In this document: one piece after another, positions 1 to 12,947 of the stretch
Layout of the letters: each line of letters begins with the position of its first letter
Position numbering within the stretch: position 1 is the first letter of the stretch
From: Antedon mediterranea
Lineage: Eukaryota; Animalia; Echinodermata
DNA length: 64,000 nt
Assembly (NCBI RefSeq): GCF_964355755.1
Contig: NC_092676.1
Coordinates: 10,393,888-10,457,887, forward strand
Reading direction: 5' to 3'
Notes under the pieces: model-generated
The model's input: only the letters and a program-made list of their open reading frames with translations
Told to the model about the DNA's origin: nothing
Databases searched by the model: none
Program-made: the position numbers and the translations under genes

Positions 1-3000
1 AGTTGTAGTCCTAATAGTAGCAGTAGCAGCGAATCATCAGAATCGACGAGGTTTCGAGAGTCCTTACTTAGAAGTTTATTTCATGAATCTGACCACACAT
101 ATTTAAGTTTTTACGTATCCGTTATTTTGTTTGTCATAAAGCATTCTTTAACCCAGGATGCATTTTCTGATTTGATCAAATTGCTAGTTTCTATTCTTCC
201 TTCATCCTGCCAAGTTGCATCTTCACCCTACAAAGTTAGAAAATTGATTAAAGAGATCGCGACGTTTAAAGAGCCGGTTGAACAGCATTATTGCGAACGC
301 TGTTATACTGAACTGGACAGAGGTATGCCGTGTGCATGTGGCGGCCAGATCATGACGTACCATACAATGAGCCTGGACAATCAGTTACAACAACTCTTTA
401 AAGGTAGATGTTTGATTTAGTCTAATTTGAATTAATGTATTTTAACAGTTTTTTTTTTACATTTTATTAATGATAATCATCTGGTGTTTTGCACAAGGTC
501 CGATGTATTTCAATATAAAGAATCGATACTACTAGGGTATCTTATAAACTTAAAATAAACCAATTTAATCCCACATCAATCAACCCGATCAGTTATTGTA
601 GACCTATTGATTCATTAACTATCATTAAATTACATGTATGTATAATATTCTTTAGATAAGACGTTCTGCGACTTGATTAGGATGCAAAAGGATCTTAACA
701 ATGGTACCGGTACATTAACAGATATCCGCGACGGAACAGAATACAAGCGCATTTCATCCATCTCGCCACTAAACACCAATGATGTATTAATAACCTTTAT
801 ATTGAATACAGGTTTGTTGGGTTTTTTTTTCTAGAATATAAATGTTCTAAGATGTACAATTAAATTAATGCCCTCGTCCAAACAGTAAGTATTATACATA
901 GACAAAACATATACCAGTTACATGTGTTGGTGAATGAATTATTGCTTGGTATAATAAGTTACGCGTGTTGTTATCTCTTTAGATGGCGTGAGTATATTCT
1001 CATCTTCGAAAAAAAGTCTGTGGCCAGTTTACTTGGCAATAAATGAATTGCCAGTCCAGCTGAGGTGAGATACCGTAACATTAAAACAGCAGCTGATTCA
1101 AGTTGACAAAGTCAATGTTATAATGAAATAATTTATAGATTATGGTCTTCTCTGGTCTGTATGATTACCCAAATACATAACCGAATCGCCAACAAAAAAA
1201 CATTTCTCTTTAAGCTAAAAAGGCTTCTATTATCCACATACAATCACTGACTCCTAAATAATATTAATCAAATTTCATTGATATTTTCAATCGGTTTCTT
1301 TTGTTTACTTTGTTTTTTTTTTTGTTTTTTTTTTTTAAATTAATTTGTACATTATTTTTTATTTTGGCAGCTTTTTAATTTTTTATCACAAACTCTGTAC
1401 ATTAAAAAGAAAAGAGAAATAAATGTTCTGAAATGAAATAAAATGAAATGTATACATTATCACATTTTTTAAAAGTGAGTACAAATAAAATACTGATACA
1501 AATGTATTATTCATCAGGTTTTCAAGGAAGTACATCATCCCATGCGACTTGTACTGCAGTGCAGAAAAACCCAACATGCAGATGTACTTATCAAAGCTGA
1601 TAAGGAATATTAAAGAGTATGATGAAGGTCCGGGTTTGTTTATTATAGTACAGATCTTTAGTTAAAGAAAGCATTTGAATTTATTAACAAAACAAATCTA
1701 TCTATCTTATTACAATGGGCCTGTCATTTGCAAATGTAATATGTGAGCCGAAATTATGTTAATGGTGTTCAGTTATCTTAATTTTTGTTGGATAAACATA
1801 ATTACATCACAGTACCTTACCGTATAGTATATTGATTCATGAATGATACAATATCATTATTTAGGCATTGAGATGATGACATTTTATGGGAGAAAAACGG
1901 TGAAGGCGAGACTATTGGCTGTGGCAGTGGACCTACCAGCAAAGGCAATCGTTGCTAATATGAAGCAGTATAATGGCAAGTTTGGCTGCCATATGTGCTT
2001 TGCCGAGGGAGCTACGCCACCAAATTGTCCATTGCATCGATACTATCCGTTTGGCGAGTACCCAAGCCGTACTCATGACTCCATTATGTGCGATGCCAGA
2101 CAAGCCGTAACATGCGGAGATTCTGTAAGTTATTTTTATATTCATACCGTAAACTCTAAGCTATACATTAAAAAACGAACTTAATCTATATGAAAGCAAT
2201 GACAAAAATGTGGTGATAATTTTTTTTTTAAAGCGCTCAACCAGGACTAGAAGTTCCCTGGATCTTCTCCAACATGCATACGCCTTAACCTTATAGTCTC
2301 AACTTAAAAGAGAGTTGATCTCAACCGTGCATGAAGCTAGGGCTTGTAAACAAGCGTAGTCAGTACAATATAGTATAAAGTAGAGCAATACAGTATTGTC
2401 AAATAAAACATAATTACACTTTTATATACTAATTATTTATCTATGTAGGTGCGAGGCGTTAAAGGTGCTTCTCCACTTGTTTTTTTACCCTACATTGATT
2501 TAACGACCATATTTCCAGTCGACTGGATGCATTGTGTTCTTCTTGGAGCAACTAAAGCAATGCTGAATCTTTGGTTTAGCAAGGATTCAAGAGGAACACA
2601 ATTTTATATGGGATCAAAGGTAAGCATGTGTTGAAAGAGTCTGGTAGACCTAATTGCTTTTTTTTTAACATAGACATCAGCAAACTGATTGACTGACTAT
2701 TAATAAATAGGCAACTAACGTCGTAACTAAACTATAAACATGCACATTAACTTGTTTGCTTTTATCTAGATTGCTCTTCTGAATAGGCGGTTGTTAGATA
2801 TTAAAATTCCCTTTTTTATTGCACGTCGTCAGACAACTTTAGAAGATTGCCAGCATTGGATAGGTAAACGTACACTTTATCATATGTATTCATGGTCATC
2901 TATCAAAAATCTACAACTTGGCCCGTATGTGGGTCCGACGTCGAAACGGCCCGGAAGAACAGTTTTCAATATTGAAGTGTGCTCGGGCAGATTTCTCGCT

Positions 3001-3820
3001 TTTTGGATAATATGTAAATTTTAATAAATTATGAATTTTAATAAAACTAGTTTCAGGTTCGTATTGATTGAAGTATAATGTAATTCATATTGGTTCAATA
3101 TATAAACTATTATTCTACTTTGTGTCACAGCTTCGGAGTACAGAGAATGGCTTGTCCATTTCTCAGTACCAGTGTTAAGAGGAATAATGGATTTGGTTAT
3201 TTTTGACCACTTTTGTATGTTTTGTGTCGGGAATATGCCTACTGACACAAGCATCTGTTAGCGACGCCGATATAGTAGAGGCAGATGGCCTACTACAAAA
3301 TTTCTGCCGCATCTTCCCAGATATTTACGGTAGGTCAACACAATCTTTAAAATGACAATGCATATTATTTGACATTAGTCTCAAATACTTAGTGAGTTAA
3401 AATAAAATGGCGATGACAATAAGTATACTTATATAATAGACTTGTTGTTTTTTTAGGAGAAACTAAGCAGACAATGAATATTCACCTTATCTCGCACCTT
3501 CTGGTGGTCTGTAGAATGTATGGTCCACTTTTCAATTATTCATGCTTTGGTTTTGAGTCAATGAACGCTTTTCTGAAGAAAATGGTTCATGGTTCGCGAT
3601 ATGTGAATAGTCAGGTACTGTCCAGTTATTTTTAGCATTCCTCAATGATGCATGCGCTTTAAATACATTTTAATAAGTGTACATACTTGTTTTCACAGAT
3701 ATCGTTTGCTATAGGAATGGCAAAGGCCCTTCCGCAATTAGTTAAAGAAGTAAACGACAAGACACAGACATCCCAAAACGTAACATCACTTATCAAACAG
3801 TTATCAACCAAACTCCTACG
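1..3820 (+). pseudogene. Spliced CACTA/EnSpm (Transposase_21-type) transposase; 5' part lies outside the window; one frameshift
   Basis: GT-AG exons joined by hand: <1-403, 656-811, 983-1064, 1518-1633, 1865-2124, 2449-2619, 2770-2863, 3131-3329, 3457-3614, 3699-3820. They give the motifs YCERC..CACG, LTDIRDG, LNTDGVSIF..SLWPVYLAINELP, AVDLPAKA..NGKFGCHMC, GVKG..VDWMHCVLLG, ASEYREW and NIHLISHL..YGPL..CFGFESMN. A 1-nt insertion in a T-run near 3220 shifts the frame. Confidence 0.9.
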
Positions 3821-4056
3821 GTAGATCACTTGTAATTTTGTATGATTGTGTACATTCTGTATTAATTTTATTACTGTATATATATTTATATATTTTAGAG
3901 TAGCATGTGGGAATGCCATGCATAATTAAGTACCGGTATACATGAATGCATACTACTATCAAATTATACTTTTGTAGAGAGGACAACAAACAAGATATCA
4001 TAAGCAAGATACATCCTATCAAAGAAAATGATACTCATATGAGTAGTTAAATGGCG

Positions 4057-5262
4057 TTTATGGGCTGTTTTTACAAAATTGTAAATATTAGTCAGCTGTA
4101 CAAAGTACTGAAGAGTAAATGACTACGGAAGTATGAAACAATAGGTTTTGTATATAACAATAGAGGTATTACCGTATATATTTTTAATTAGTTACATACT
4201 ATTATGTTGTGTTGGTAACATTTAAAGTGGGTTAATTCAGTGTGTTGCCTACTATATGCTGTATAATTTAAATTGTACAACTTGTAGTCCAGTTTTACAA
4301 AGTAGGCCTACTGAAAAGTAAATGACTACGGAAGAATAAAACAATAGTTGTTTTGATAGTATAAAATAGGTGTGATGTTTCGGATATATAACAATATAGG
4401 TATTATTTAATTTGATTACATGACATCATGTACTTGGCGGTAATTTTAAAAAGAGATACTTATGTATGCACGTGCAGGAGTTAATTAAAACTAGTTAATT
4501 GAGGTTTTTTGCTTGATCTACGCCGACATAATCCAAAGACATAAGTCATTTTCTTCCGGATATTTAGGATTTGAAAATAAAGGTTATTTAAGTATGTACA
4601 ATTAAGTAATAAAGTTATTCTTATTATTCTTTAACGACACGTACTTAACCATTTTCCGGACAATTTTAACAAAGGGGAGAAATCGAAATCATACGATGTT
4701 AACCTACCGGTGTATGATAAGGAGTATATAAAAATACGTTAATTAATATACATTATAATATAAAATTATTAAATAATAAATAAAAAATATTTGGTGATGA
4801 TTTAGTTGCTTGTGATGAGAACAAATGGTTTACAATGGTTGAAGTCAATAGGTGTTATGTTTCGGATATAATAATACAACGGTTAACATTGAGTAAGGAA
4901 GTAAAATATTGTTGTAAGATTTGATAGATATTGATGGTATAGTCCGTTTATAGGTTGTTTTTACAAAATTGTAAATATTAGTCAGCTGTACAAATTACTG
5001 AAAAAACAAATTACTAGGAAGTATGAAACAATAGGTATTGTGTTTCGGGGTATATAACAATAGATGTATTACCGTATATATTTAAATTAGTTACATGCTA
5101 TCATGTTGTGTTGGTAACATTTATAGTGGGTTAATTCAGTATGTTGGCTACTATATGCTGTATGATATAAATTGTACAACTTGTAGTCCAGTTTTACAAA
5201 GTAGGCCTACTGAAAAGTAAATGACTACGGAAGAATAAAACAAAAGTTGTTGTGATAGTATA
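4057..5262. repeat. Diverged direct duplication (~310 bp; 4057-4365 vs 4945-5262) with an internal sub-repeat
   Basis: The blocks 'gtttttacaaaattgtaaatattagtcagctgtacaa' and 'aaagtaggcctactgaaaagtaaatgactacggaagaataaaacaa' each occur twice. Confidence 0.8.
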
Positions 5263-6143
5263 ACTAGTTAATTGAGATATCGAACCCACATATAATTAAT
5301 AAGGGTAATTTGTTTCCGGATATTATAACAATGACAAAAAACAAAAAGATAAGAATGAATGAAGTTAAATAATAAGTATGTCTTGATTGAACTATACCGA
5401 CATCTAACGTGCATACCGGTATTGAACAAGAATTTGAAAACAGCAGTCTTAGCGGTAACGAGGAATTTTTGTTAGAAATTCTTAATGACAACGATGAAAT
5501 GGTAAGTTGAAGCAATTTGTATAAAAAAAAACACACAAAAATTTACGTATATTATTTTCCAAATGTTATTAAGAATGACTTCTTTGTTCTGTCTGTTACA
5601 TGGGTTTTGTTATTTAATTTTCAGATTCGATGTATAGAAGAGTTAGAAGAATTGATGATCAGAACGAATTATGTAATGAAATGGTAAGTTACTATTTCTA
5701 TAAATTTATTTTGAAAATGGTAATAATATATGATATTTAGTCTAATATAACAATTTTGTTTTACAGTACGGTATTTTGAATATAAGTAATAATGAAGGGG
5801 AAGAAACACTTCAATTAGAGAACGACATGGCAGTTCAAGGAATTTGCCGCATTGCAAGAAACAAAAGAGGTGATTTTGACAAAGAGGAAAATGTTAGAAT
5901 CAAAACAGGATTTTTAAATTGAATGACATTGGGGAAGCTACTTAATGAAACAAAAGATACACGGCGCTTCGACACAATGTTCCAACAGGAAATACAACAA
6001 TGACAATTGGCTGAAACAAATTTAGTAAATGCCGAATGTAATCCTTTGACTGTATATAACTCTCGATTATTTTGTAATCTTTACCTCATTCTACAACGCT
6101 ACAGAGCTCGACAAGACAGACCAAAAACCAACAACTAGTTACT

Positions 6144-6381
6144 ATGGGTTCCGTGATTGAAATCATTGATCTTACTATGGACTCTGATGTCGAAGAAGAT
6201 GTTATATATATAAGCAGTGATTCAGAATTTGAAGACGAAGACATACTAGCTATGACTGGTGCCTATTTTACAGCAGAGGAGGAGGAAGAGATGAGGGAAG
6301 AGATGGGGGATATGACGTGTTTAATGGCGATTCAACCCCCACCTCCAATGAACGTTGATTTCAATAATGTATCTAATACTG
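6144..6381 (+). other. Acidic N-terminal ORF fragment with two SUMO-interacting-motif-like segments, cut by an insertion at 6382
   Basis: MGSVIEIIDLTMDSDVEEDVIYISSDSEFEDED; the rest of ORF 6144..6422 reads into the inserted element. Confidence 0.4.
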
Positions 6382-7354
6382 TAGACTTGCCCCAAGTCTG
6401 TATTTATTGTCTTTTTTTTTAATTTATTTGTTTTTATTTCGACCGCGATTTTTGTCTGAAAATACAGACTTGTGAAACACGTATAGAAATCGATTTGCAA
6501 ACCGCAAACATCCAATAAGAATGACGTAGGTTATCATACCGTATTTGGCTATATGGGGCGGGCGGTATGTAAATATGGATTTCGAATCAACCAATGATCA
6601 TTTTGTTTCAAAATGAAAAAGATCGAGTACGTACGTACAGTATGCTGAATGTACGATGAGACTGAACAACTGTTGAAATATAAAATCGTGTTGCCAAGTT
6701 GTTTTGTTTATTAATTGTTTAGTCCTGGCCTAGGCCTCCTTCGTAGGGCTACTCAACTCGTACGTATGACCTTCCAAATAAAACGCCAATAAGGTAGGCC
6801 TACATACCACCACCGACCGGCACACAACAGGCTACACCACCACACAGAACAGGACAGGGTCTGGGTGGGAATTAAATCTAATTTTTTTCGCATAATAAAT
6901 GATCCATTCAATGTTTGATTTGGCGGAGAAGCTAGCCTATCATATCAAGACGAGTTTTCATGTTCTTGGGAAAAATCTCATCAAATGTTTACCAGACTAC
7001 TAGGCATATAAAATCATTTTTAGCCTTCGGAAACTTTCATCAATGTACCCGGCCAAGTACACATTGTCTAAACGTAACATAGCGCATGCGCATCGTTTAA
7101 GACGCGTCTTAGACGTTGAGTCTTTGAAATTCTGAAATATGAATATTAAAATGATGTACGAGTGAGTAGCCAATGGCATGCGGCTGAAACTAGTCAACTG
7201 GATAATTTATGCACCAAGAATTCTTGGTGTCAAACCACGTGACTTATGCGTGTTTCCCCAGACGGAGTATCCAAACTCAAGTAATACACGTATGAAACGC
7301 CATATGTGCAAAAATATTTATATTTTTACAAAACTCCGTCTGGAGCCCAGACTA
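6382..7354 (-). mobile_element. Non-autonomous AcademH-type DNA transposon, copy 1 (inverse of 54401-55360)
   Basis: Termini TAGACTTGCCCCAAGTC ... GTCTGGAGCCCAGACTA; colinear reverse complement of 54401-55360. No TSD on this copy. Confidence 0.75.
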
Positions 7355-7562
7355 TACTAAATAATGCAAAGTTATTCAAACTATGAGATCGATGTTCATC
7401 TAATTCTACGGACCTAGTCAGGCAGCAACATCATACGACAGAGACGCACATTGCAATCGCACCGTCGCCACCCCGCCAAACTCGCTCTGGACGACACGTA
7501 CATTGGCCACAAAAATTCAATGAGCATGACTGTACCTGAATACTTTTTACTAACTTTATGAA

Positions 7563-7730
7563 CTTATTTTTTCTATCGCTCTCACCTAGCGGCAAAGAGC
7601 TAGGGGGAGCTATGTAGGAACTTCATACATATATATATTTGCGTGTGTGCGCTCAACGCGTAAAGTTATGCAAATTGCTGTTGTAAATATAGCGAACGCG
7701 CAACGAGCGATCTCTCTCTCTCTCTGCGTC
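7563..7730 (+). mobile_element. Possible Helentron-associated (HINE/DINE-1-like) 5' fragment
   Basis: T-run, then hairpin gctc(t)cacctagc..gctagggggagc, then TA/GT/CT microsatellites. Confidence 0.3.
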
Positions 7731-8114
7731 AAGTTTTCAACGAGAAGACATCGACATTTTTATGAGCAAACCATATTGCGAGTTTTAGTACAAGTTTTAC
7801 GATAATAATTAGTTGTCCTAATTATTAGCACTATTACATTTTGATATTTAGCGTTTTAACTTTACATATTTTACTACGTGTTACTGTATGTTATCGTGTT
7901 TCAATTATTGTACCGTTGTATATAAATTATTGTCCTGAACTAGCCTAGCCTAACCTTACACTGCGCACGTACGTACGTGCTTCGTGTGGATATGTGGTTT
8001 CTACACTCCGTATAGTTTATTTACTTCGAGCCTAGGATACTTCCAGCTTTGGACATCGTTTGACTGCTACAATACTCCATTACCGTATTCTAAATAGGGT
8101 AAGTAAAGACCGAA

Positions 8115-8622
8115 TTACGTATTCCCTAAAAAACTAGCATACTGCTGATTACTGACCAGAATGTTTTCTGGTTTGAGATCTCTGTGTGGAATTCCCTTTG
8201 AGTGTAAGTAGGAAAGCCCGGTTAAAATCTCTTTTCCAGCATAACATACTAAATGTTGAAAGTTATCACAGTCATATGTATCTAGTTTCAGTAAAAGACT
8301 GGAGAGGTTGCTAATTTGGTAGTCTTCACCAAATGGCTTCAAATCAAAATAAACGTATTCTAGCATAATTGCATAAGGTTGTTGGGACAATGAACATCTT
8401 TTTGTCTTCTGCATCAAGAAATTGCATCATCTTTTTGATTATTACGCATTCAGGCTGTGGCATTTCTGGGAGTTGATAAGTAGTTGTATATACCTGTCCA
8501 AAAGAGCCATTGCCAACAATGCGGTTTACAGGTAGCTGATTACATTCAAATTCATGTATGCCATCAAGTTTAATCACGTCTGATTTCCTTTTTTTCAACT
8601 GGGGAATTTTGAATTCAGCCAT
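8115..8622 (-). pseudogene. Intronless, truncated protein kinase (N-lobe through catalytic loop)
   Basis: VGNGSFGQVY glycine loop, VIIKK (catalytic Lys), IMLEYV hinge and GLSYLHSKGIPHRDLKPENILVS. Deletion/frameshift near 8390; no DFG or C-lobe. Confidence 0.85.
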
Positions 8623-8765
8623 TTTTTATAGAACTGTTCTTCTGAAATTAATTTAAAAGTGTAAAGATCAGCATTCCAAATGTTTTGCATTTTACCAGTC
8701 GTGTCTGGTTTTTTTCTCTTTACAATTGCACAACGTAACTTATGCCGTTTACGCAAGTTTTTGGC

Positions 8766-9035
8766 GATGATGAAATTGCGTCGATGATGAAAATTGCGTC
8801 GATGCAATGAAATTGCATCGATGTTATGAAAATTGCGTCAATGAATATAGTATCGATATATTAAAAATTGCGTCGATGTGATGAAAATTGCGTCGATGAA
8901 AATTGCATCGATGAAAATTGCATCGATGAAAATTGCATCGATGAAAATTGAATCGATGAAAATTGCATTGATGTAATGAATTGAATTGATTATGAAAATT
9001 CCATTAATGATTTTAATTCAATCAATGATGAAAAT
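8766..9035. repeat. ~15-20 bp tandem repeat (GATGAAAATTGCRTC)
   Basis: More than 10 visible units upstream of the kinase start. Confidence 0.9.
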
Positions 9036-9168
9036 TACTACTTACTACTAGTAAAGTAAATAATGATGTTAATAATGTTCTTATGTTGCTAAAAATTGAC
9101 TGTTTCTGAATAGTTTGATATGATAAACATGTTTACCGCTTGTGCTAACGCGCGTTAAATACAAGCAT

Positions 9169-9420
9169 CGGCAGGGGTTCGAGGCTCACTCACTCCATGG
9201 TTCTGGTGGTAGAACGAGTCTTCTCGGATAAGGACTATAAACCGTAGGTCCAGTGTACACAACTTGCTCGTGTGCACTTTAAAGAACCTAGTACATCTTT
9301 CGAGACAAGTAGGGGGTTACCCCGGTGTATTAGTACATCACAGCCACTGATCACCAACTGGGCCCTCTGGGAGATCAGTCTTTGACTGAAGAGGTCACCC
9401 AGTATAAAGATAAAACAAAC
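9169..9420 (+). mobile_element. 5'-truncated tRNA-derived SINE with Deu/Nin-type central domain and 44-bp TSD
   Basis: B box GGTTCGAGGC; core TCGGATAAGGACTATAAACCGTAGGTCC..TAAAGAACC..AGTAGGGGGTTACCCCGGTGT; (AAAC)n tail. Flanking direct repeat 9125-9168 / 9421-9464 with 1 mismatch. Confidence 0.85.
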
Positions 9421-11440
9421 AAACATGTTTACCGCTTGTGCTAACGCGCGTTAAAGACAAGCATACGGCGAGAGCGCACACTAAAACTGTGTTGAAATGC
9501 ACTGATTTAATTTTAGTGATTACAGTATTATTTTATTGTCAACACATAGCAATATTCCAGCGAAATGAGGTACGATAACATAGGTCAAAAACCAAATAAC
9601 ATTTTAAATTGAAACTTTGCAAAAGTTTAATTTATATCATGCGCAACTTCTGTTGAAAAACTATTGCGTCGTTTTCTTTCTTTTTCCACCTAGCTAGTAC
9701 CTATTCATTCATTACACTTTTCCGTGCACATAACAGCAGATAAACAATTGTTTTATGGTATAAACTAAACTAAATTACAACAACAAAATTGTATAGATAC
9801 TACGTAGGCCAACAATAGGGTATTTTAACTAGATCAACACCTACCCACCATGGATGGCCTACAAAATATAAAATAGGCCGACATGATAATTTAGTTAAAA
9901 TGGATATTCTATATTAAATGAAAACTAGGCTTCAATGCTAGAAATGTTGATTTTAAAAAGTCATTAAAGCTTACCATGAAAAGCACTCCTCATGAAAAGC
10001 TTGACAACATCAACTGGACTTGGGATGATAAACCTACCAAGGTACCAATGGATCTAGTGTTGACAAAGTGCGAAGCACGACGAATATTTGTGCTGAGACA
10101 TCATTTCCAAACGTGCGAGGTATATGCAGCGAATAAACGGTAACTGATATGCTGATCAAAGAACATGCCACAACGATAAGAAGAGATTGATGAATTCTTG
10201 AACGCGTGTGAAAAGACTGTCATTTTGGAATACAAGGTTGACGTCCTAGAAGTAAGATGTATAAATGCTATGCTGTGCCTTTTAAAAGCTAAAAAGCGGG
10301 AGATTATTTCAAAAGCTGACACTAGTTTCGTAACATTTATTTACAAGCATAAAAGATAATAACAAAATGATATGAGGTCAGACTTTGAGGCAGACTGGAG
10401 GATGAAGACAAATATATTGTGTTGGGCGAGTGTAGTGAATTATTTAAGTTGGTTCCGAGCTTTCTCAGGCGTATATATATAACTCCACGCGACGTACACT
10501 GTCACTGAATGATAACTCATACAAAAAGTATATTTAACTCAACTAGAACTTTTATTCCTTGTAATTCGATTAATACATCTTTCTACCACTACCAGTCAAG
10601 CCTTAATATTTTCTTTATCATCTTTCCGTTTATCTACTTTGATCTTATTCTCTCTTCTCCTCTAATATCTATTACATTCTACTTTTATACTGGATATGCA
10701 AATTTTAGGCTTCAGAGGAGGATAACATTTTCCCTCCAAAAATTATACGATTTTGATTGGCTAATAATAGACTAGGCTATGAATGAGGTAGGTGCCACCC
10801 GGAGAGGTAGAAATTCTCATATGACTTTTCTAGACCAGTTTTTTCTGGGGAATCCAAATATATTGGGTAAACGGGCTGTAACCTGAGAACTTTCGCGTGA
10901 GGGCGCTTTTTTGAAAATGGCTACCAGTTACAGTAGACTATGATATCTTGGCAACCACTGGTCATAGAGAGGTGATTTTGGTGTCAAATTATTCGGAATG
11001 TACATGTTCCTATTTGATGTAATAGAACATTTTGTCAGAAAATGGCCGGAAATACCTCTATTGACCTTTGACCCAATATCTAACAGATATCATATCTCCG
11101 TAACTACTCGACACAGAAAGTTGTAATTGGTGTCAAACTCTCCAGAATATAGATGTTTATATTCAGACTAATAGAAAATTATCTGTAAAAATGACCGGAA
11201 ATAACGTTGCTGACCTTTGACCCAAAATGCAAGACATTTCTCCCATCTGATCACGTTAATCTTGTCAATTAATTCATTTTGTGCCAATTGGAGGTTGACA
11301 TTCTCATATTATTTTCTTGACCAGTTTTTCATGTGCAATCCGAATATATGAGATAAATAAGCCATAACAATTAGGCCAAGAATTTAATTCTTTTACTACA
11401 TACATGCTTCCCTTTAGTGTTTCAGACTGTATGTCGTGTA

Positions 11441-12915
11441 TTAATCTTCAAGATCGCTCACATCACTGCAATCTGAAAAGTCTTCATATTCATTATGTGT
11501 AAACAGTTCCTGGACATCAGTGGGCATCACTGTCTCAATCCATTTAGGCTCCATTTGTTCGTTCCATCCATTGTGTGTACTGTTGTTGACAAAATCATTG
11601 ACGTCTGCTGATTGCCATTCTTTAGTAATGAAGTGTGCTCTAAGTATATGAAACTCAATGGTCTGCTGACATAGTGGCAGTAATTATAATTTTTATATCT
11701 GTAATCTTGTTGTGTCTGGAAAACTTTCTGTTGAAGATATCATATCTTGCTTGATTTACACTTTTCCCCTTCACTCCATACAATAGTGAAACATACTCTT
11801 CAAATTCCTCATACAACTCTTTTGATGGAACATCTGACACTCCAATGTTGCAGAATGTGTCAACAAATTTTGCTTTTGATTCCAGAAGCTTCCAGCAGGT
11901 ACGTTTTCCTTTCCGAAAGAAAGCGGTGTTATAATCGTTACCTGTGAAAGCATGGAATCCAATAAGGGATGATTTCTGCGCTTTTGTTAAATCAATGTCA
12001 CTCAATTTCAGTACCTTTCGGTATTTCCCAGTGTTTGTATCAATAATTACCCTCTGTCCATCATCTATGAAATGAGATAGTGCAATGACTGGAATATCAA
12101 TGTCTCCAGAATGGGAACGAATTATTGCTACGCCTTGATTGTTATTTGTTAAAGCATGCTTTGCATGCAGGATGACTTTCGTGTAGGCTTCTTCTTCCGG
12201 CTACTATTAAGCTCCGGAACCAATACAACATCTCAGTTAGTAACGTAGATGTATTCTTTGTACGATGAAAAGTAGATAACATCACTCCTCATATCTGTTA
12301 GAATGCTTTCTTTCTTTGACACTAGTACACAGCGAATAAGCTCAATCAATCTGGTCTTGTTCTCGCCGTTGGCAAGGAAATTGTTGAAATCACGGGCCAA
12401 CTTTGATATTGTTGAGCTTACAATTACTTTTGGTGCAATACCGCGTATGTTTCTCTCAACAGACTTAATGCTTTTTGGCAGGTATTCATCGGTAACAATA
12501 TCAACACGCTTGTATCCTTTAGGGATGCTGTTGAAAACCTTTGCTACAAGATCCTCGTACGTATCAGGGTAAGATGTAAATGTTCTGATTAATGCCATCA
12601 AGTCAACAACATAGGCAATGACAGTAGCCTTTGCTGGCAGTGCCCGACCAGGATCTATAACATCTGTTGAACTTTCGATGAGAATTTCCATTAGGACACT
12701 TTTCTGAGTTGTTCGTCTTGTCCCATCTGCATTAGCAAGGCTTAGCGGGACAGGGGTAAGTGGATACTCAAAGGCTTTCTTAAAGTCAATTATTCTACCA
12801 TGCTTTGTTGAGGTGGCAAGAAGCTTTCCTAAAACATCCCGATTAGCTTATATTACTCTTACTTTCCCATTTGCCTTGATTTCGAGTTTCTTCCCACTAT
12901 TCGAAAATAAAGTGA
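11441..12915 (-). pseudogene. Academ transposase C-terminal XPG/PIN-like region, left arm plus spacer
   Basis: EYPLTPVPLSLANADG..TQKS, VVDLMAL, RVDIVTDEY..SIKSVER, FLANGENK, EEA.TKVILHA, SGDIDIPV, GFHAFTGNDYNTAFFRKGK; frameshifted. Confidence 0.85.
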
Positions 12916-12947
12916 GATGATGTTATGGATCCTGGTCGAGCACTGCA

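Noticed and set aside
9960-10430. Possible LINE 3' remnant that the Gypsy inserted into, with a (TAAA)n tail at 22084-22115
   Set aside because: Too degraded; no motif I could assign with confidence.
10509-10775. Duplicated ~85-aa hydrophobic ORF (also 21749-22003)
   Set aside because: It is an antisense reading of the two LTR copies and has no motif.
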